From: Octopus sinensis
Lineage: Eukaryota
DNA length: 64,000 nucleotides
Reading direction: 5' to 3'
NCBI RefSeq assembly: GCF_006345805.1
Contig: NC_043004.1
Location: forward strand, 34,162,001-34,226,000
The notes beneath the pieces were generated by a model. It searched no databases. It saw only the letters and a list, made by a program, of their open reading frames with translations, and had not been told where the DNA came from. The first letter of the stretch is position 1, and every line of letters starts with the position of its first letter. The position numbers and the translations under genes were made by a program. Shown here piece after piece: positions 1 through 12,947 of the stretch.

Positions 1-105
1 AGTGGTGTACAATACCAGCTGATGGTCTGACCAATACTGTGAGATATATATATATATATATACACACCATAGATATATAACATAGATACACACACACACA
101 CACAC

Positions 106-164
<59 letters not shown>

Positions 165-165
<1 letters not shown>

Positions 166-459
166 TAGCAGTATCGCCCGGCGTTGCTTGGGTTTGTAAG
201 GGAAATAACTATATAAGCATTTTTAGATAGTTATAGCCAAAAATAGCAAAAAATGCATTAAAAATGGAAAAAAAATGATGGTAAATTTTTTTTTAAATCG
301 TAGACTCATCGTAGACATGCGCTAATACCCAGAACGGCTTGATACGAATCCCGACTATAAGATACCCGGTTTTGGTTAAACTGCACCGCAAAATGTGGGA
401 GTAGTTAGGAATCTAAATCATAGGGGACAGACACACAACTTGACTTCTATATATAAAGA
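165..459 (-). mobile_element. Non-autonomous Helitron, short copy
   Basis: On the minus strand it starts TC (459-458) and ends with a GC hairpin (CCCG...CGGG, imperfect in this copy) about 8 nt before a terminal CTAG (168-165). It sits between A and T with no TSD, next to (TA)n. A homologous longer copy is at 36565-37200. Confidence 0.8.
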
Positions 460-460
460 T

Positions 461-629
461 ATAGTGGCACATAAAAGCACCCATTACACTCTCAGAGTGG
501 TTGGCATTAGGAAGGGCATCCAGCCGCAGAAAACCATGCCAAATCAGACTGTTGTCTGGTGCAACCTTCCAGTTTACCACCCTTGGCCAAACTGTTTAAC
601 TCATGCCAGCATGGACAATGGACATTAAA

Positions 630-658
<29 letters not shown>
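461..658 (+). mobile_element. RTE-type LINE 3' end / partner SINE with (GAT)n tail
   Basis: Matches the 3' end of the RT-bearing element at 41692-43123 (...catgccagcatgga...ggacattaaatgatgatgat). Confidence 0.75.
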
Positions 659-660
<2 letters not shown>

Positions 661-1639
661 TATATGTATCCATTCCCTGTAAGTAAATCTATTTGACTGA
701 AACTTGTTTTCGTATGAATCCAAGGTAATAGTAAACCCATGTGATCAGCAACTGGACTCTTATAATTTGGTGTCACCTTATACTTTTGTCAAGCTTTGTA
801 TAACTAAAGCACATGCCATCGTCAGGTGTAGAAATCTTATTAACATTCAATTTCCTACTGAATGTGGTGCTGCACTGACAAAAATTGACTGCAGTAAACT
901 ACGATGCATTTCATTGCATGTGGCATTTTGTGTGTGTGTGTAAATATACATATTTATACACGTTTACACACTGTTGAAATTTGCCACATACATACAATAA
1001 TAGGAAGGTGAACTTTGCAGCAGTTAATTTGCAGTGAAGACGGCCTAATAAATGAAATAAACGAACAATATTATAGAGCTGATTCAATCTACTATAGCAC
1101 ATCACATTACAGAAAAAGGAGCTTTTTCATAGCTAAGCTATCATATCCACTTATATATTTGTCTAAATATTTTATTCATAGAAAGTTCAATATATAACTA
1201 TCAACATACACATCTATATCTGCTTGCTTGCTCCATTTGTAGTTAATGCACTTGAGAAAAGCATGAAATACTTTCAGTGTCTGTAATAAATCAATATTTA
1301 TGTATACTAGCAGATAACCCATCTTCGAGACTGGTTATGGTAGCTTAAAACCATAAATGGACAGATTTGCAGTAATAGCAATGAAAGAATCTAAGCATTA
1401 CTCTGTGGTTAAGAAGTCCTGCTTCACAATTTCACCGTTCTGAGTTCAATTCCACTCACCGGAATCTTGGGACAGTCTTTACTACCATAGAGCACAAAGT
1501 AATGAATAACTTGTGCATGGAATTCGTGTATTTGTATCATAGTTTTACTTCTACCGTTGAATCAGCCAACCCATGAATGCAGGGTGAGACAGTTGCAGGG
1601 TGACATGAGCAGCATCAAAAAAGGCTTGTCTTTGAGTCG

Positions 1640-2420
1640 GTTGACGACCAGTCTGGAACAGGCTGCCTTCATGTCTCTTATACTTCAGTCATAATCTCAA
1701 CTCATCCACAACAAACTTATGGTCAGTGCCCATGAAGCTAGCACTCCATAAAACTCTGCAGTTCTGTTGGACTTTTCAGCAGCCATCTACAAACACACGG
1801 TCAATATTCTTTGCCCCACCAGCAGTACGGGAATAACAAGTCCAGCGATGCAGCTCAGAACATTGGTTCCAAGGGCCAGTAATGTAAAGTTCATGGCTTT
1901 TGGCAAAATCCAGGTGTACCACATCACTTCTGTGCCTAGTACTGGGCCCAAAAGGAATGACAATGCAGCAATATCCCATTCTCTCAGTTCATGTAGATAT
2001 GTTAAAATCTCTCATAACTAAGGACATATCTCTGTTGGGGATGCTCCTCATGGCAGAACACTAGGTAGGCATACAGTGTCTTCCTCACTTACCTGTCACT
2101 CATAGCAGTCAGAGCATACACTGCAACCAAGGAAATGACACCCAGAGAATATAAAATTCTCAGCCACGAATACTCATTGATAGGGGTTACATCTGATACT
2201 CCTTTAACCAGCCAGTTGGCCACAGCACCTGCTATCCTACTTCTCCCAGCTGCCAGAGCACTCAGACCAGAGGTAGGTGTAACCACTGATTTTGCCCTGG
2301 CTGGTGCATCCCTGATAGAGCCAGCACAGCGACCTACAAACAGATGAGTTCCAAAGACATCAAAGGGAAGAAGGGAGTCATTCCTCAAAGAGAGAACATT
2401 CCATGCCCTCACCTAAACAG
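1640..2420 (-). mobile_element. Degenerate RTE-clade LINE, apurinic endonuclease (APE) region
   Basis: Minus-strand frames give RAWNVLSLRND (APE N-terminus) and HRWTCYSRTAGGAKNIDRVFV...NCRVLWSASFMGTDHKFVV (WTWYS / IDH / SDH motifs), interrupted by stops and frameshifts. Confidence 0.75.
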
Positions 2421-3194
2421 GCTTCCTCAGGTTGAACTGAAATCCCCAGTTCCTAGTGAATGACCACTCAAGCAACAACAACCTTCAAGCCAACCTGTCC
2501 CCCAGGATTTCCCCCATTTGGCAGATGGGGGTCCTGATAGGGGTACCTAAACTACTTCCTATGACATGCCTGATAGGCAGTTGAAGTATTTCTGTAAGGG
2601 AGAGACCTTGATAGGCCTATTTGGATTGTCTTTGCTGGTGAGGGTTTTAAGAGGATTGCAAATCTCACCTCAACCTCTTTTCATCACCTTTTACAACTTG
2701 CAGAGAAAATATTGGGTCTCTTCTTTGGCGCACAGCTAAGGGCATCTGACTGTAGAAAATATACCTCAATAATTCAGTCTAACCAATGCAAGCAAGGAAA
2801 AGTAGTTGTTAAAACTATGATGATGATGATACATAACACACACACACACACGCACGCACACACACACGCACGCACACATACACACATGGTGGCAGTTGAC
2901 TAATGACTGCATAAGATTAATTCTTAGAATCACGAGTCCAAGAAGACTCTGTGTTTGAATTTGTTTTGAGTGGATAAAGTGTCGCATAGCACTGAATCTA
3001 TTTTTAACCACAAACAGCTATAACACGAGTGACACAACCAAGGCTGAGAAGACCAGAAACCAACTGACCTTCACGATTTTACAACGAGTTTTAAAATATT
3101 CAAATGAGATTTTGAAGATCGAAATAAAGAATGGTTCTGTGCAGGTGAAAGCTTCCCTAAAAATATCAGATCCATTGTCATCATCACCTTTCCG

Positions 3195-3345
3195 TTGCAT
3201 AACAATGGTGGTGAAGAGTGTGTGGAGGGTGGTATGCATGGTTGACTGCTGGTTTTCCACAAAACAACCTTGCCTGGACTTGTGCCTCGAAAAGTAACCT
3301 TCCAGGTACCATCCCATGGCCTTCCATCACCGCAGGGGGTCTTTT
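3195..3345 (+). mobile_element. SINE family E, 3' portion
   Basis: Reverse complement of 52950-53100 (aaacaaccttgcctggacttgtgcctcg...). Confidence 0.65.
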
Positions 3346-3383
3346 CTCTTTACTACATATGTACATTTATACATATGTATTTT

Positions 3384-3793
3384 TTCTCTTTTACTTGTTT
3401 CAGTCATGTGACTGTGGCCATGCTGGAGCACCGCCTTTAGTTGAGCAAATCGACCCCAGGACTTATTCTTTGTAAGCCTAGTACTTATTCTATCGGTCTC
3501 TTTTGCCGAACCGCTAAGTTACGGGGACGTACACACACTAGCATCGGTTGTCAAGCGATGCTGGGGGGACAAACGCAGACACACAAACATACACACTCAT
3601 ACACACACACACATATATATACATATATACGATGGGCTTCTTTCAGTTTCCGTCTACCAAATCCACTCACAAGGCTTTGGTTGGTCCGAGGCTATAGTAG
3701 AAGACACTTGCCCAAGGTGCCACGTAGCTGGAATGAACCCAGAACCATGTGGTTGGTAAACAAGCTACTTACCACACAGCCACTCCTACGCCT
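3384..3793 (-). mobile_element. tRNA-derived SINE family A, full length
   Basis: Reverse complement of 25316-25732, with A/B-box head, internal (TA)(TG) tract and (gtaaaaga)n tail. Confidence 0.9.
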
Positions 3794-3804
3794 ATGTTTA
3801 TATA

Positions 3805-3900
<96 letters not shown>

Positions 3901-4402
3901 ATACATACATATGTGCATGTATCTGTGCGTGTGTGAGTGTCTGTCTATATATATACTACACATACACACACACACACAACAAAGACACACACAAATGTGC
4001 ACCTTTGCAAAGTATTGTAATTATTTGATTAATTAATACATTATAACACTTTAATTAAAGTTGCTTTGCATAATTGCATGCATATATGAATTTATAAGGT
4101 GAAAGATGCCTACTGATTCTCAGTCCAGATGTGTCCCTCACCTTAGGTTCCTCGGTACATGCTAAATGTTAAATACCTTGCCTCACCATCTCTATGTAGT
4201 CACTCAACCTAATAGAAATAGCGGCCAGATCTCCCTCGTAAACCACATCCTACCACCAGAAATAAAAAGATACGCTGGATATTGGGAAGATGAAAGTTGA
4301 AAGGTGTCAAAGGTCAAAGGTCTTCTCCTCAATCAGGATTGACACAAGGTTAAACAACAACAGCAACACTTATAGAATAACAGCAGAAGAAATATTACTA
4401 TT

Positions 4403-4628
4403 AAGGTGGTGAGGGCGGTGAGCTGGCAGAATCCTTAGAATCTCAGGTGAAATGCTTAGTGGTATTGCATCTATCTTTACATTCTGTGTTCAAATTCTGC
4501 CAAGATCAACTTTGTGTTTCATTCATCTGGGATCGATGAAATAAGTACCAGTTGTGTGCTGGGGTCAATGTAATTGACTAGCCTTCTCTGCTAAAAAGCT
4601 ACAGGCCATGTCTCTATAGTAGAAAGGG
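4403..4628 (+). mobile_element. tRNA-derived SINE family B
   Basis: Head ggcggtgagctggcagaatc, B-box-like gttcaaattc, central ...ttcattcatctgggatcgatgaaataagtaccag domain. Many copies in the window. Confidence 0.75.
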
Positions 4629-4897
4629 TTACTAGGATTGTGGGTTGGCAGGTTTGTGAACATGGCAGTAAAAACAAAAATCTCTAATTGTTTGTTCTGA
4701 GTTCAAATCATGTCCACGTTAACTTTACCTTTTATTCTTCTGAGGTCAATGAAATAAGATACTGGTCAAATACTACACTTAATGGTACCAACTTAACTTA
4801 CTTAAAAACTGCTAGCCGTGTGTCAAAATTAGAAAGATTTATCCTCCTCATCATCATCATTATCATTATTAAAGGTGGTGAACTGGCAGAATTGTTA

Positions 4898-5040
4898 CAT
4901 TTCTACAGCTGAGTGAACTGGAGCAACGTGAAATAAAGTGTCTTGCACAAGAATACAACATGCTGCCCGGTCTGGGATTCAAACTCACAACCTCAGAATC
5001 GTAAGCTCAACACTCTAAACACTGAGCCATGTGCCTTCGC
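4898..5040 (-). mobile_element. SINE family E, tRNA-like head
   Basis: Near-identical to 53150-53288 (catttctacagctgagtgaactggagcaacgtgaaataaagtgtcttg...gagccatg). Confidence 0.75.
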
Positions 5041-5091
5041 ATATATTTATATATGTATACATTATATATATATATATGTATACATTATATA

Positions 5092-5147
<56 letters not shown>

Positions 5148-5234
5148 ATATGTATGTATCTCACAGCTGCATCCTCGTTACACAAGTAAAACCATTGCCA
5201 AGAAAACTTATTGAAATGATTCATGATTGTTGCC

Positions 5235-5500
5235 ATGTGATGCCCTTATATGACTTTTGAGCTCACCCAAGCTTTTACACATTTTATTACATACTGGACA
5301 ACTGCGCTGGCTGGAAGGAGAAGCAGGTGCCACCATAGGCGCTCTTTTAACATGTCTTCTTAGACCTCCAGCTGAGAAGCACACCCTTCCACATTTTACA
5401 CATGTTCTGTTGTGAATTAAAATAGCCACCTCATCGTTTATCCTGGGTTGATTTCTATGAGAATTTTGATGACTCACCAGGCCTACACGACTCAAACCAC
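5235..5500 (-). mobile_element. RTE/BovB-like LINE 3' end with two C2H2-like zinc knuckles
   Basis: Translation CVKCGRVCFSAGGLRRHVK...CPVCNKMCKSLGELKSHIRASH, the pattern typical of RTE ORF C-termini. Confidence 0.65.
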
Positions 5501-5635
5501 ACGCATAAAAAGCAACACTCTCTCACTTTCCACTGGTTCCTTCCTTCTAAGCTTCCACCTAATTCTCTCATACTTCACTCTTTCTCCCTCTCAAACCTTG
5601 AACAACTATCATGCACTATCTTCTTCCATTTAGGA

Positions 5636-5670
<35 letters not shown>

Positions 5671-5673
<3 letters not shown>

Positions 5674-5868
5674 GACAGATCGTTAGCTCCTACACGCATT
5701 TTTTTCTCTCCTTGTTTTTTTCTGTGTATCTTTCTGTCGAAGAGCATAGGCTCAAAACGTAAAAGACTTTTTCTATTTCTATTCCTGAGCGCCATACTAA
5801 TACATTTGTTTGTTTGTACTCGACCCGCCTCCGTCTTTTGTTTATTTTCGTAAACTTTCCTGTTATAT
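5671..5868 (+). mobile_element. PLE-type terminal repeat remnant (family P1) with HHR-like motif
   Basis: Homologous to both arms of 55160-55552. Motif tcttt-CTGTCGA-a-gagc/atag/gctc-AAAA-cg-TA-aaaga at 5729-5766. Confidence 0.55.
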
Positions 5869-5874
5869 ACACAC

Positions 5875-6052
5875 ATTCGTCTGCTGTTATGTTCTGAGTT
5901 CAAATTCCGCCAAGGTTGACTTTGCCTTTCATCCTTTCGGGGTTGATAAATAAGGTACCAGTTATGCACTGGGGTCGATATAATTGACTTAATCCATTTG
6001 TCTGTCTTTGTTTGTCCCCTCTATGTTTAGCCCCTTGTGGGTAATAAAGAAA
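5875..6052 (+). mobile_element. SINE family B, 5'-truncated
   Basis: gttctgagttcaaattccgccaaggttgactttgcctttcatcctttcggggttgataaataaggtaccag...ggtaataaagaaata. Confidence 0.8.
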
Positions 6053-6819
6053 TACACACACATAAACATATATACGCATGCATTAATATCCTAGTAGTTA
6101 TTGTCTAACCACCCATTGTAAAGTCTGAGGAGGAGGAAATAAACAATACAGTATCTTCCCATCTGCCTGTCCTGACTTTGCAGTGAAGCTGCTTCAACAA
6201 GACTTTAGTTACCTTTCACCTGGATGACACAGTGCTGACATGCAGAGACACAAAACTTACACTTTGACATCTTATCTCTCATGACTTGTCAGAATGGTTA
6301 ATTTGATTTTGTATCATGATCAAAATGGTATCAGACATTACATAAAACATTTGATTTTCTTTCAATCTGGCTTGTAGCTGTCTTGAGAGAGTATAATGAA
6401 TTCTGTAATTAAATTTACTCGTCTTCATCTATATAGGATTTACTGAGAAGATGTCGACTCATTGAATTTGACATACTATATAAGTTAGATAATAAATTCC
6501 TTTAAAATGCTTCAAACTGTCTTGATTGGAGATTATTATATCTCCACCACGACACTGCTACATCAACACTTCCCGAGTAGATTACTAAACACATCATACA
6601 CACCCACACTCACAGATTTACAAATAAATGCAGTCACGGCTGTGTTGTTAAAGAATTCACATCAAAACTCTGTTGCATCAAGTTCAATCCGTTCAGTGAG
6701 TTCTTTAACCGTTCGGCATATAAATGTGCTACATTTGGCCCAAACACTCTCACTGTTTTATGGTCAAACTAGCCGGATCTGGCATCTCACACCTACCCCA
6801 CAACATCATTCTAATAATA

Positions 6820-6932
6820 TACAGTCACATCTTCAAAATCTCAAAGCTATGAGATAATGCACGATTAATTAAAAACAAGGTGATTAATTAAGCATTATGT
6901 TTGACGGAGTAATCTGAATGCTGAAGGATTAA
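6820..6932. mobile_element. Terminus of a TTAA-ended (piggyBac-like) non-autonomous element
   Basis: Ends gagtaatctgaatgctgaaggaTTAA, a degenerate ...AAGGG|TTAA end. The other end was not located. Confidence 0.4.
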
Positions 6933-7227
6933 AAGTCTTGAGCTGAGATCAAGAAAGACTTTTAGGAAAAATTTGGTAAATGACATCTGTATTGAAGACC
7001 AGCCGAGGGACTATCCCATGATCCTTGGTGGTTGACTTTGTCTGTCCTAAGTGGTCATCTGACCACTGGGCACTGTTAGCAGAAACCACATTGATACAAA
7101 CATTTGACTCAGGTCCCTTGTCAGGGATTAACTTTCATTCTCTCATCAAACTCATTGACCCTGCAAACAGCCATAGAACGTACTTTCTCTTTTTATGAAA
7201 CCATAAAAAAAAATATTCGATATGTCA

Positions 7228-7550
7228 TTAATATCATTTGATATCTGCTTTCCATGCTGGCATGGGTTGGATGGTTTGACAGAGGACTGACAAGCAAGGA
7301 GGCTGCACCAGGTTCCAATCTGATCTGGCAAGGATTCTACAGCTGGATACCCTTCCTGATGCCAACAACTCAAAGAATGTAGCCAGTGCTTTTTATGTTC
7401 CACTGGCACAGGAGCCAGTCAGGCAGAACTGGCATCAGTCATGCTTGAATTGTTCTTTTTACATGCCACCAGCATGGGTACCAGTCTGGCGGCACTGGCA
7501 TTGGACATGCTCGAATGGTGCATTTTACATGCCACAAGCATGACCGCCAG
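7228..7550 (-). mobile_element. RTE-type LINE 3' end
   Basis: Reverse complement of 42800-43100, including the ggcac/aaaagcac sub-repeats. Confidence 0.75.
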
Positions 7551-7667
7551 TCAGAGCATCTCAACAGAAATATGGTACATAAGGGTTAAACCAATGTTGT
7601 TATGCTTCATTTAAATATTTGACACATTTGGGGTTGTTCTTGTACATTAATTAATGCTGCATTGGCA

Positions 7668-7867
7668 GAGATGCTCTCTGTTTCCTTCAATTACTTGAAA
7701 TATAACAAAGAATTTAGCAAAATAACTTAGTTATCATTCAGCTAGTGTTATGAAAATAAACTGTGACTAAGCTTTGGTGGAAGATTTTAATTCAAAACTT
7801 ATGAAAACAAGACATATGTACTCAGAGCCAGAGTCAGTTTCGGCCGGGTTGGTAACTAAAGGGTTAA
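7668..7867 (+). mobile_element. piggyBac-like MITE, right portion
   Basis: Ends ggttggtaactaaagggTTAA. A related terminus in opposite orientation is at 7553-7588 (gagcatctc...aagggTTAA), complementary to gagatgctc at 7668. Confidence 0.5.
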
Positions 7868-8344
7868 ATACAATTTCTTTGTAGCAATAAAATTTAGGAT
7901 TACTGATTGTAAAGGTGAGTTTAAAAATACTTGAAATGGCTTTGTCCACTCACTCCTCCGTTTGCAAATGTCATGACACCTAAAATCCTTGAGATTACCC
8001 AATGGTAAACTTCAATACATCTATGTTTGTCTGTCAGAGCAATGAGAACCATTTGGCGATCATTTGGGGAGACTGATGACTTGCACAATGACTTTGCCTG
8101 AAGCGGAGAAGTGCTGTGCACTGTGACCCTCACTCAGTTGTCCCTGACCATCTTCAATCCAGCTATAAAACCAGGTCAAGACGAATGGTGATGGAGATGG
8201 GTGCAGAGGTTGGCCAGGATGTCTCACTTGCCTCATCTCACTCTCTGCTCTCCAGGACCACATGACTGGATGGAGCTTAAAGTCATATCCAGGACACAAA
8301 GCTTTGTAAACACACACACACACATTTTTTTCTATTGCCAGGTT

Positions 8345-8620
8345 CCAGCTTAGGCCACAGCAACAAAGCTCATCCACAACACTTCTCAGTTCCTCATCCC
8401 TGCCGCAAGGTCCAGGGGACGTTCCAGGGTGGCGTCAGTGATCAAGGTGCTAATGTAAGCTTCACCCCATTCCATTTAACTCTCCAGGTAACATTAGATA
8501 ATGAAGTGCAGTGACATTTTCTTTGGAACGTCACTTTGTTTTCTTTGGAAAATGACATAAAAAGATTTCATAGACGACTTTTTATGGCGTCTCTGGTTGC
8601 ACCAGTGGTCACAAAAATCA
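8345..8620 (-). mobile_element. Possible highly degenerate RTE ORF C-terminus
   Basis: EAYISTLITDATLERPLDLAAGMRN*EVLW loosely matches the RTE TYIDxLxxDTGL...M.DRxxW pattern. Confidence 0.35.
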
Positions 8621-8857
8621 TGGGATTTGTGGAAACATGCGTAATGATACATTAACTTATTTCTAAATTCCATCTATGGATTATTATTATTATCATTATT
8701 ACTATGTTTATCTTACATTATGTTGGCACAACTCGATACGACTGCATTAAACTGCTGTTGCAAGCTGGAATTATTAGGTCTCATGGCTGACATAATAAAA
8801 CAGGAGCTTTTATATGTGTACTCAAAATCGTTTCCCATAAACGAACTTAAAGGGTAG

Positions 8858-8903
<46 letters not shown>

Positions 8904-10141
8904 TGCATACATATATATATATATATATATATGCACATGTATATATATATACACATGTATATATATCAAGAGAGAGAGAGAGAGAATACAGTAAAAGAAC
9001 ATCAGTTTAGAGAAAGGAAGTCAAGCAACAGGTGACTAATTCAATTTACTGCTTCCCTTCCGACACCTGCTGAAACTCATATATAATTTGTGGGAAACAG
9101 CTACTGATTTTGAATCAAAAGAGTTGTTTATAGACATATATGGTGTTATACCAAACAGGGCTTTATAATGTAAATTACACTGTACGCATTAATATTTACT
9201 GTGTCCAAGTAAATTCAAGATGGTGCTAGCAGTGTTCTTGCAGAATGAAACAGTGATGGTAGGAGTCAGAAGTTTGAGGTTCTTTTAGAAGAGTAGCGTT
9301 ATGACGAAATAATTATAGATTAGGTATAAATATCGTAACAACATTTGATATTCAGGGTAAATCAGCTGTAAGTCGAAGCTGCTAGCCTATGTGTATACAC
9401 ACAGACACACACACACACACACACACTCACACTAACGCACATATGTATATGTGTGTGTATATATATGTCTATATATATGTGTATATATACATATGTATAT
9501 TTTTGTGTGGGTATATATACATATATATATGTATGTATCTATATGTGCATATATATATATTCCTATAAATATATATAATATAAACATATATAAGCGCTTA
9601 TATATAAATAAATACACACACACACCATTCACACACAAACACATACACACAAACATGCATGCACAAACACACATATGTATATGTATGTGTGTGTATATAT
9701 ATATGTATATTCTTGTGTAGGAATATATACATATATATATGTATATATCTATGTGTGCATATATATATATTCATATATATATATAATATAAACATATATA
9801 AGCACATGTATATAAATAAATACACACACACACATACCATTCACACACACACACATACACACACACACACACACATACACACACATATATGTGTATGTGT
9901 GTATGTACATATATATGCATATATGTGTACATATATATGTATGTAGATACAGAACATTGAACATTCTTGTAGCATTTGTGCTTCATATATTCATAAATTC
10001 ATAAATTCATACATTATTAATGGATAAAGGATGGCATTAATTAATGTCAATTAATCATTGAGTTGCTTGAATTCTTTAACATTTCCATTGATTGGTGCAG
10101 AACATGAATTCATTATTGTTCCCACATTAACAAGAGAGGAC

Positions 10142-10190
10142 ATTAACGTAAGCTTTCGACCACACCTCTGACCATCTTCAGAAGTGTGAA
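10142..10190 (-). ncRNA. Candidate minimal type I hammerhead ribozyme (canonical core)
   Basis: Minus strand reads cacactt-CTGAAGA-t-ggtc/agaggtgt/ggtc-GAAA-gc-TT-acgt. Stem II has 2 WC + 2 G.U pairs, the stem III region is the palindrome AAGCTT, and stem I is poor. Confidence 0.35.
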
Positions 10191-10676
10191 GTCTGGTCAG
10201 AGACACAAGTAATAACATGTCCCGTATTGAGGGAAATAGTAGATCTCAGTGGTCTTATGTATGTAGATGATAGAGAATTCTTACAAACTGCCTCTAGTCA
10301 AAAAATTGGAGACATAAAGAAGGAAAGAGAAAAGAGGAAGAATGTGGGAAAGGAAAAACAAAGTGTGATAAATACAGAGGAAGGAATAAATACAGAGAAG
10401 GAGTTTGAAGTGATGGCATAGAACATGTAGTTTATAGTCAAAAGAGATAATTTGTTTCAATAGGAGCTAAGAATGTTTGACATTCTAATAACTGTTGTCA
10501 AATATCTGAAATCATTAAACTTCATTAATAATAGAAAAAAATGGCTTTAAAAAATTTCTTTCATATTTATAGGAATTCAGCATTCCTAGATTGCACTTTT
10601 GCAACCACTTTGAAGAAAGATTACCATTATTTATTATTCCATGTGGTTGAGAAGATTATGGCATCTGTTTTGCATT

Positions 10677-10845
10677 TATGTATGTATGTGTGTATGTATG
10701 TGTGTATGTATGTATGTATGTATGTATGTATGTATGTATGTATGTATGTATGTATGTATGTATGTATGTATGTATGTATGTATGTATGTATGTATGTATG
10801 TATGTATGTATGTATGTATGTACGTATGTATGTACGTATGTATGT
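10677..10845. repeat. (TATG)n microsatellite
   Basis: About 40 units, directly visible. Confidence 0.98.
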
Positions 10846-12657
10846 CATTACTCAGTTTATTTCAAGATTTCTTGCCAATAGAGAGAGAATCAGTTTCTGA
10901 CCTAGATCCAAGGCTCATTCATTGGAATTTCAATATCAGGGTATTTTTTTGCTTGTATGTATGTATGTGAGTATGTATGTATGTATGTATGTATGTATGT
11001 ATGTATGTATGTATGTATGTATGTATCTTTGGGTGTGTGTGTGTGTATATATATATATGTACGTATGTTCTCTTCTGTTTTTAATTATTTGAATTCTTCC
11101 TCTGTGGAAGGAGCTGTTTCCTAACAAAGATACAAAGCTCCATCGTTGGGATGTAGATAACCAAAACAATATCACATTTTAAACTTGAGAAAAGTCTTGC
11201 ATATTTTTACTGTTCCACTTACAAATTGTATTTATAATGTGTGAGTTGGTTGGTTTGACTTCTTTTTCTGGAAATCTTAGCTTGGGCTCCAGATTGTATG
11301 TATTACCCTCTGCATCTACAAGCATTTGTACATACATATAAATAGGCATAATTCATAAAAATGAGTTTACACCTCACCATCTTTACTTTACTTTACTGAG
11401 TTGTGTCTGAGATAATAATACTTAGATGTCCTTTGCCAAATTCCCCAAGCTACCTGTAATTCTTACTTCTGGTTGTCATATAAGCTAAAAGACCAAAATG
11501 AAGAAATCACACCATTGTATTCTTTCTTTGAAATGGTATTTGAAGACTGGGCTCTCAGAGTTATGCTAACACTGTAACATAATTATAGTCGCAAGATATT
11601 GCTAATAACACAGGAGCCCAAATTTATAAACTAGAATATCATAATGTTTAGGTTATTTCCAGGGAGACCATTGAACAAGGATCCAAAAGTAAACAATGAA
11701 ACCATTGGTAGCCAATATGCCCTCACCTTACTCTTTGAGAACCATTGACCTTGAGCAATTCCTAAACATCAGGCAATGACGATTCTCAATCTTCACAATT
11801 CCCAGACCTTTACCAAATGAAGAAATCAATACATAATGTTGAGTGAAAGACAATTACATGATCAGGATTATTTTACTAATACACATCAGGTATTTATGCT
11901 ATTTAAAGATTCCACTGTTGAAATTTTACCATTTATAGCTGAGCATTATAGATTTCCTCATTGAAGGAAAGCGTTCAGCAAAATACAGGTCAAATTATCT
12001 CATTGAAACTGCCTGTGGGATTGAAGTAATGTAAATAGCATCAATTTGAATGGGAGGCTAATATTCTGATGGATAATTATCTTTAGACATTCCCGCCACA
12101 TGTTATATGAAACTAATTCTCAGTTCCCATTAAGTTTATACACACACACACACGCAAATGCACACGCACACACACATTTCTGTAATATAAGATTGCTTTG
12201 TATCTATGCCCTTAAGGTTTGGATGTAGAACAAGATAATTTATAATAGTTTTAGTTCATACCACTTTTAACACAGCAGTAAATGTGCACCACATGTACAT
12301 ATGCACACATATACACACATACACACACATACACATAAACATCTGTGTATATAGGTATGTATGTGTGTGTGCATGTGTGTGTGCAAAGGCATGTGGACCA
12401 GGGGTTAAGATGTTGGACTAGTGATCATAAGATCAAAGGTTCAATTCCTGGCTCAGTCTACATGTTCCATCCTTGAGCAAGGTACTCCATTTCATGCAGC
12501 TCCAGTTTAATTTTACGTGTGTATATAATGTAATGGTTATCCTTTGTATTTTACTTGTTTTAGTCATTAGACTGCAGCCATTAGGGAGTATAACTCCCTA
12601 GTATTATTTTATTACATTAGATTTATATATATATAAACCTAATGTAAAAAAATTATT

Positions 12658-12660
<3 letters not shown>

Positions 12661-12693
<33 letters not shown>

Positions 12694-12753
12694 GTGTGTG
12701 TGTGTGTGTATGTGTATATATATATATATATATATATAGATAGATAGATAGAC

Positions 12754-12811
<58 letters not shown>

Positions 12812-12830
12812 ATAGACAGATAGATAAAGA
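12661..12830. repeat. Compound (TG)n-(TA)n-(GATA)n microsatellite
   Basis: Directly visible. Confidence 0.97.
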
Positions 12831-12907
12831 AAGAGAGATATACATATATACATATTTATATATAACTATATGCATATATATACATACATACATATATATA
12901 CATTTTT

Positions 12908-12945
<38 letters not shown>

Positions 12946-12947
<2 letters not shown>

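Noticed and set aside
1303-1330. Third Helitron end (tatactagcagataaccc)
   Set aside because: Shares only about 10 bp; no hairpin or internal module.
3018-3144. Possible plus-strand exon YNTSDTTKAEKTRNQLTFTILQRVLKYSNEILKIEIKNGSVQ (similar AG/GT-bounded candidates at 22864-22936, near 56261-56338 and near 63561-63608)
   Set aside because: Splice-like signals and one open frame arise easily by chance; no homology recognised and no consistent gene model.
6507-6857. 116-aa plus-strand ORF and short open minus-strand frames
   Set aside because: No recognisable domain or convincing splice pair; adjacent to a transposon terminus, so probably element interior.
11560-12070. L1/Tx1-like RT remnant (KGLGIVKIENR) on the minus strand
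   Set aside because: One short motif in heavily interrupted frames; insufficient.
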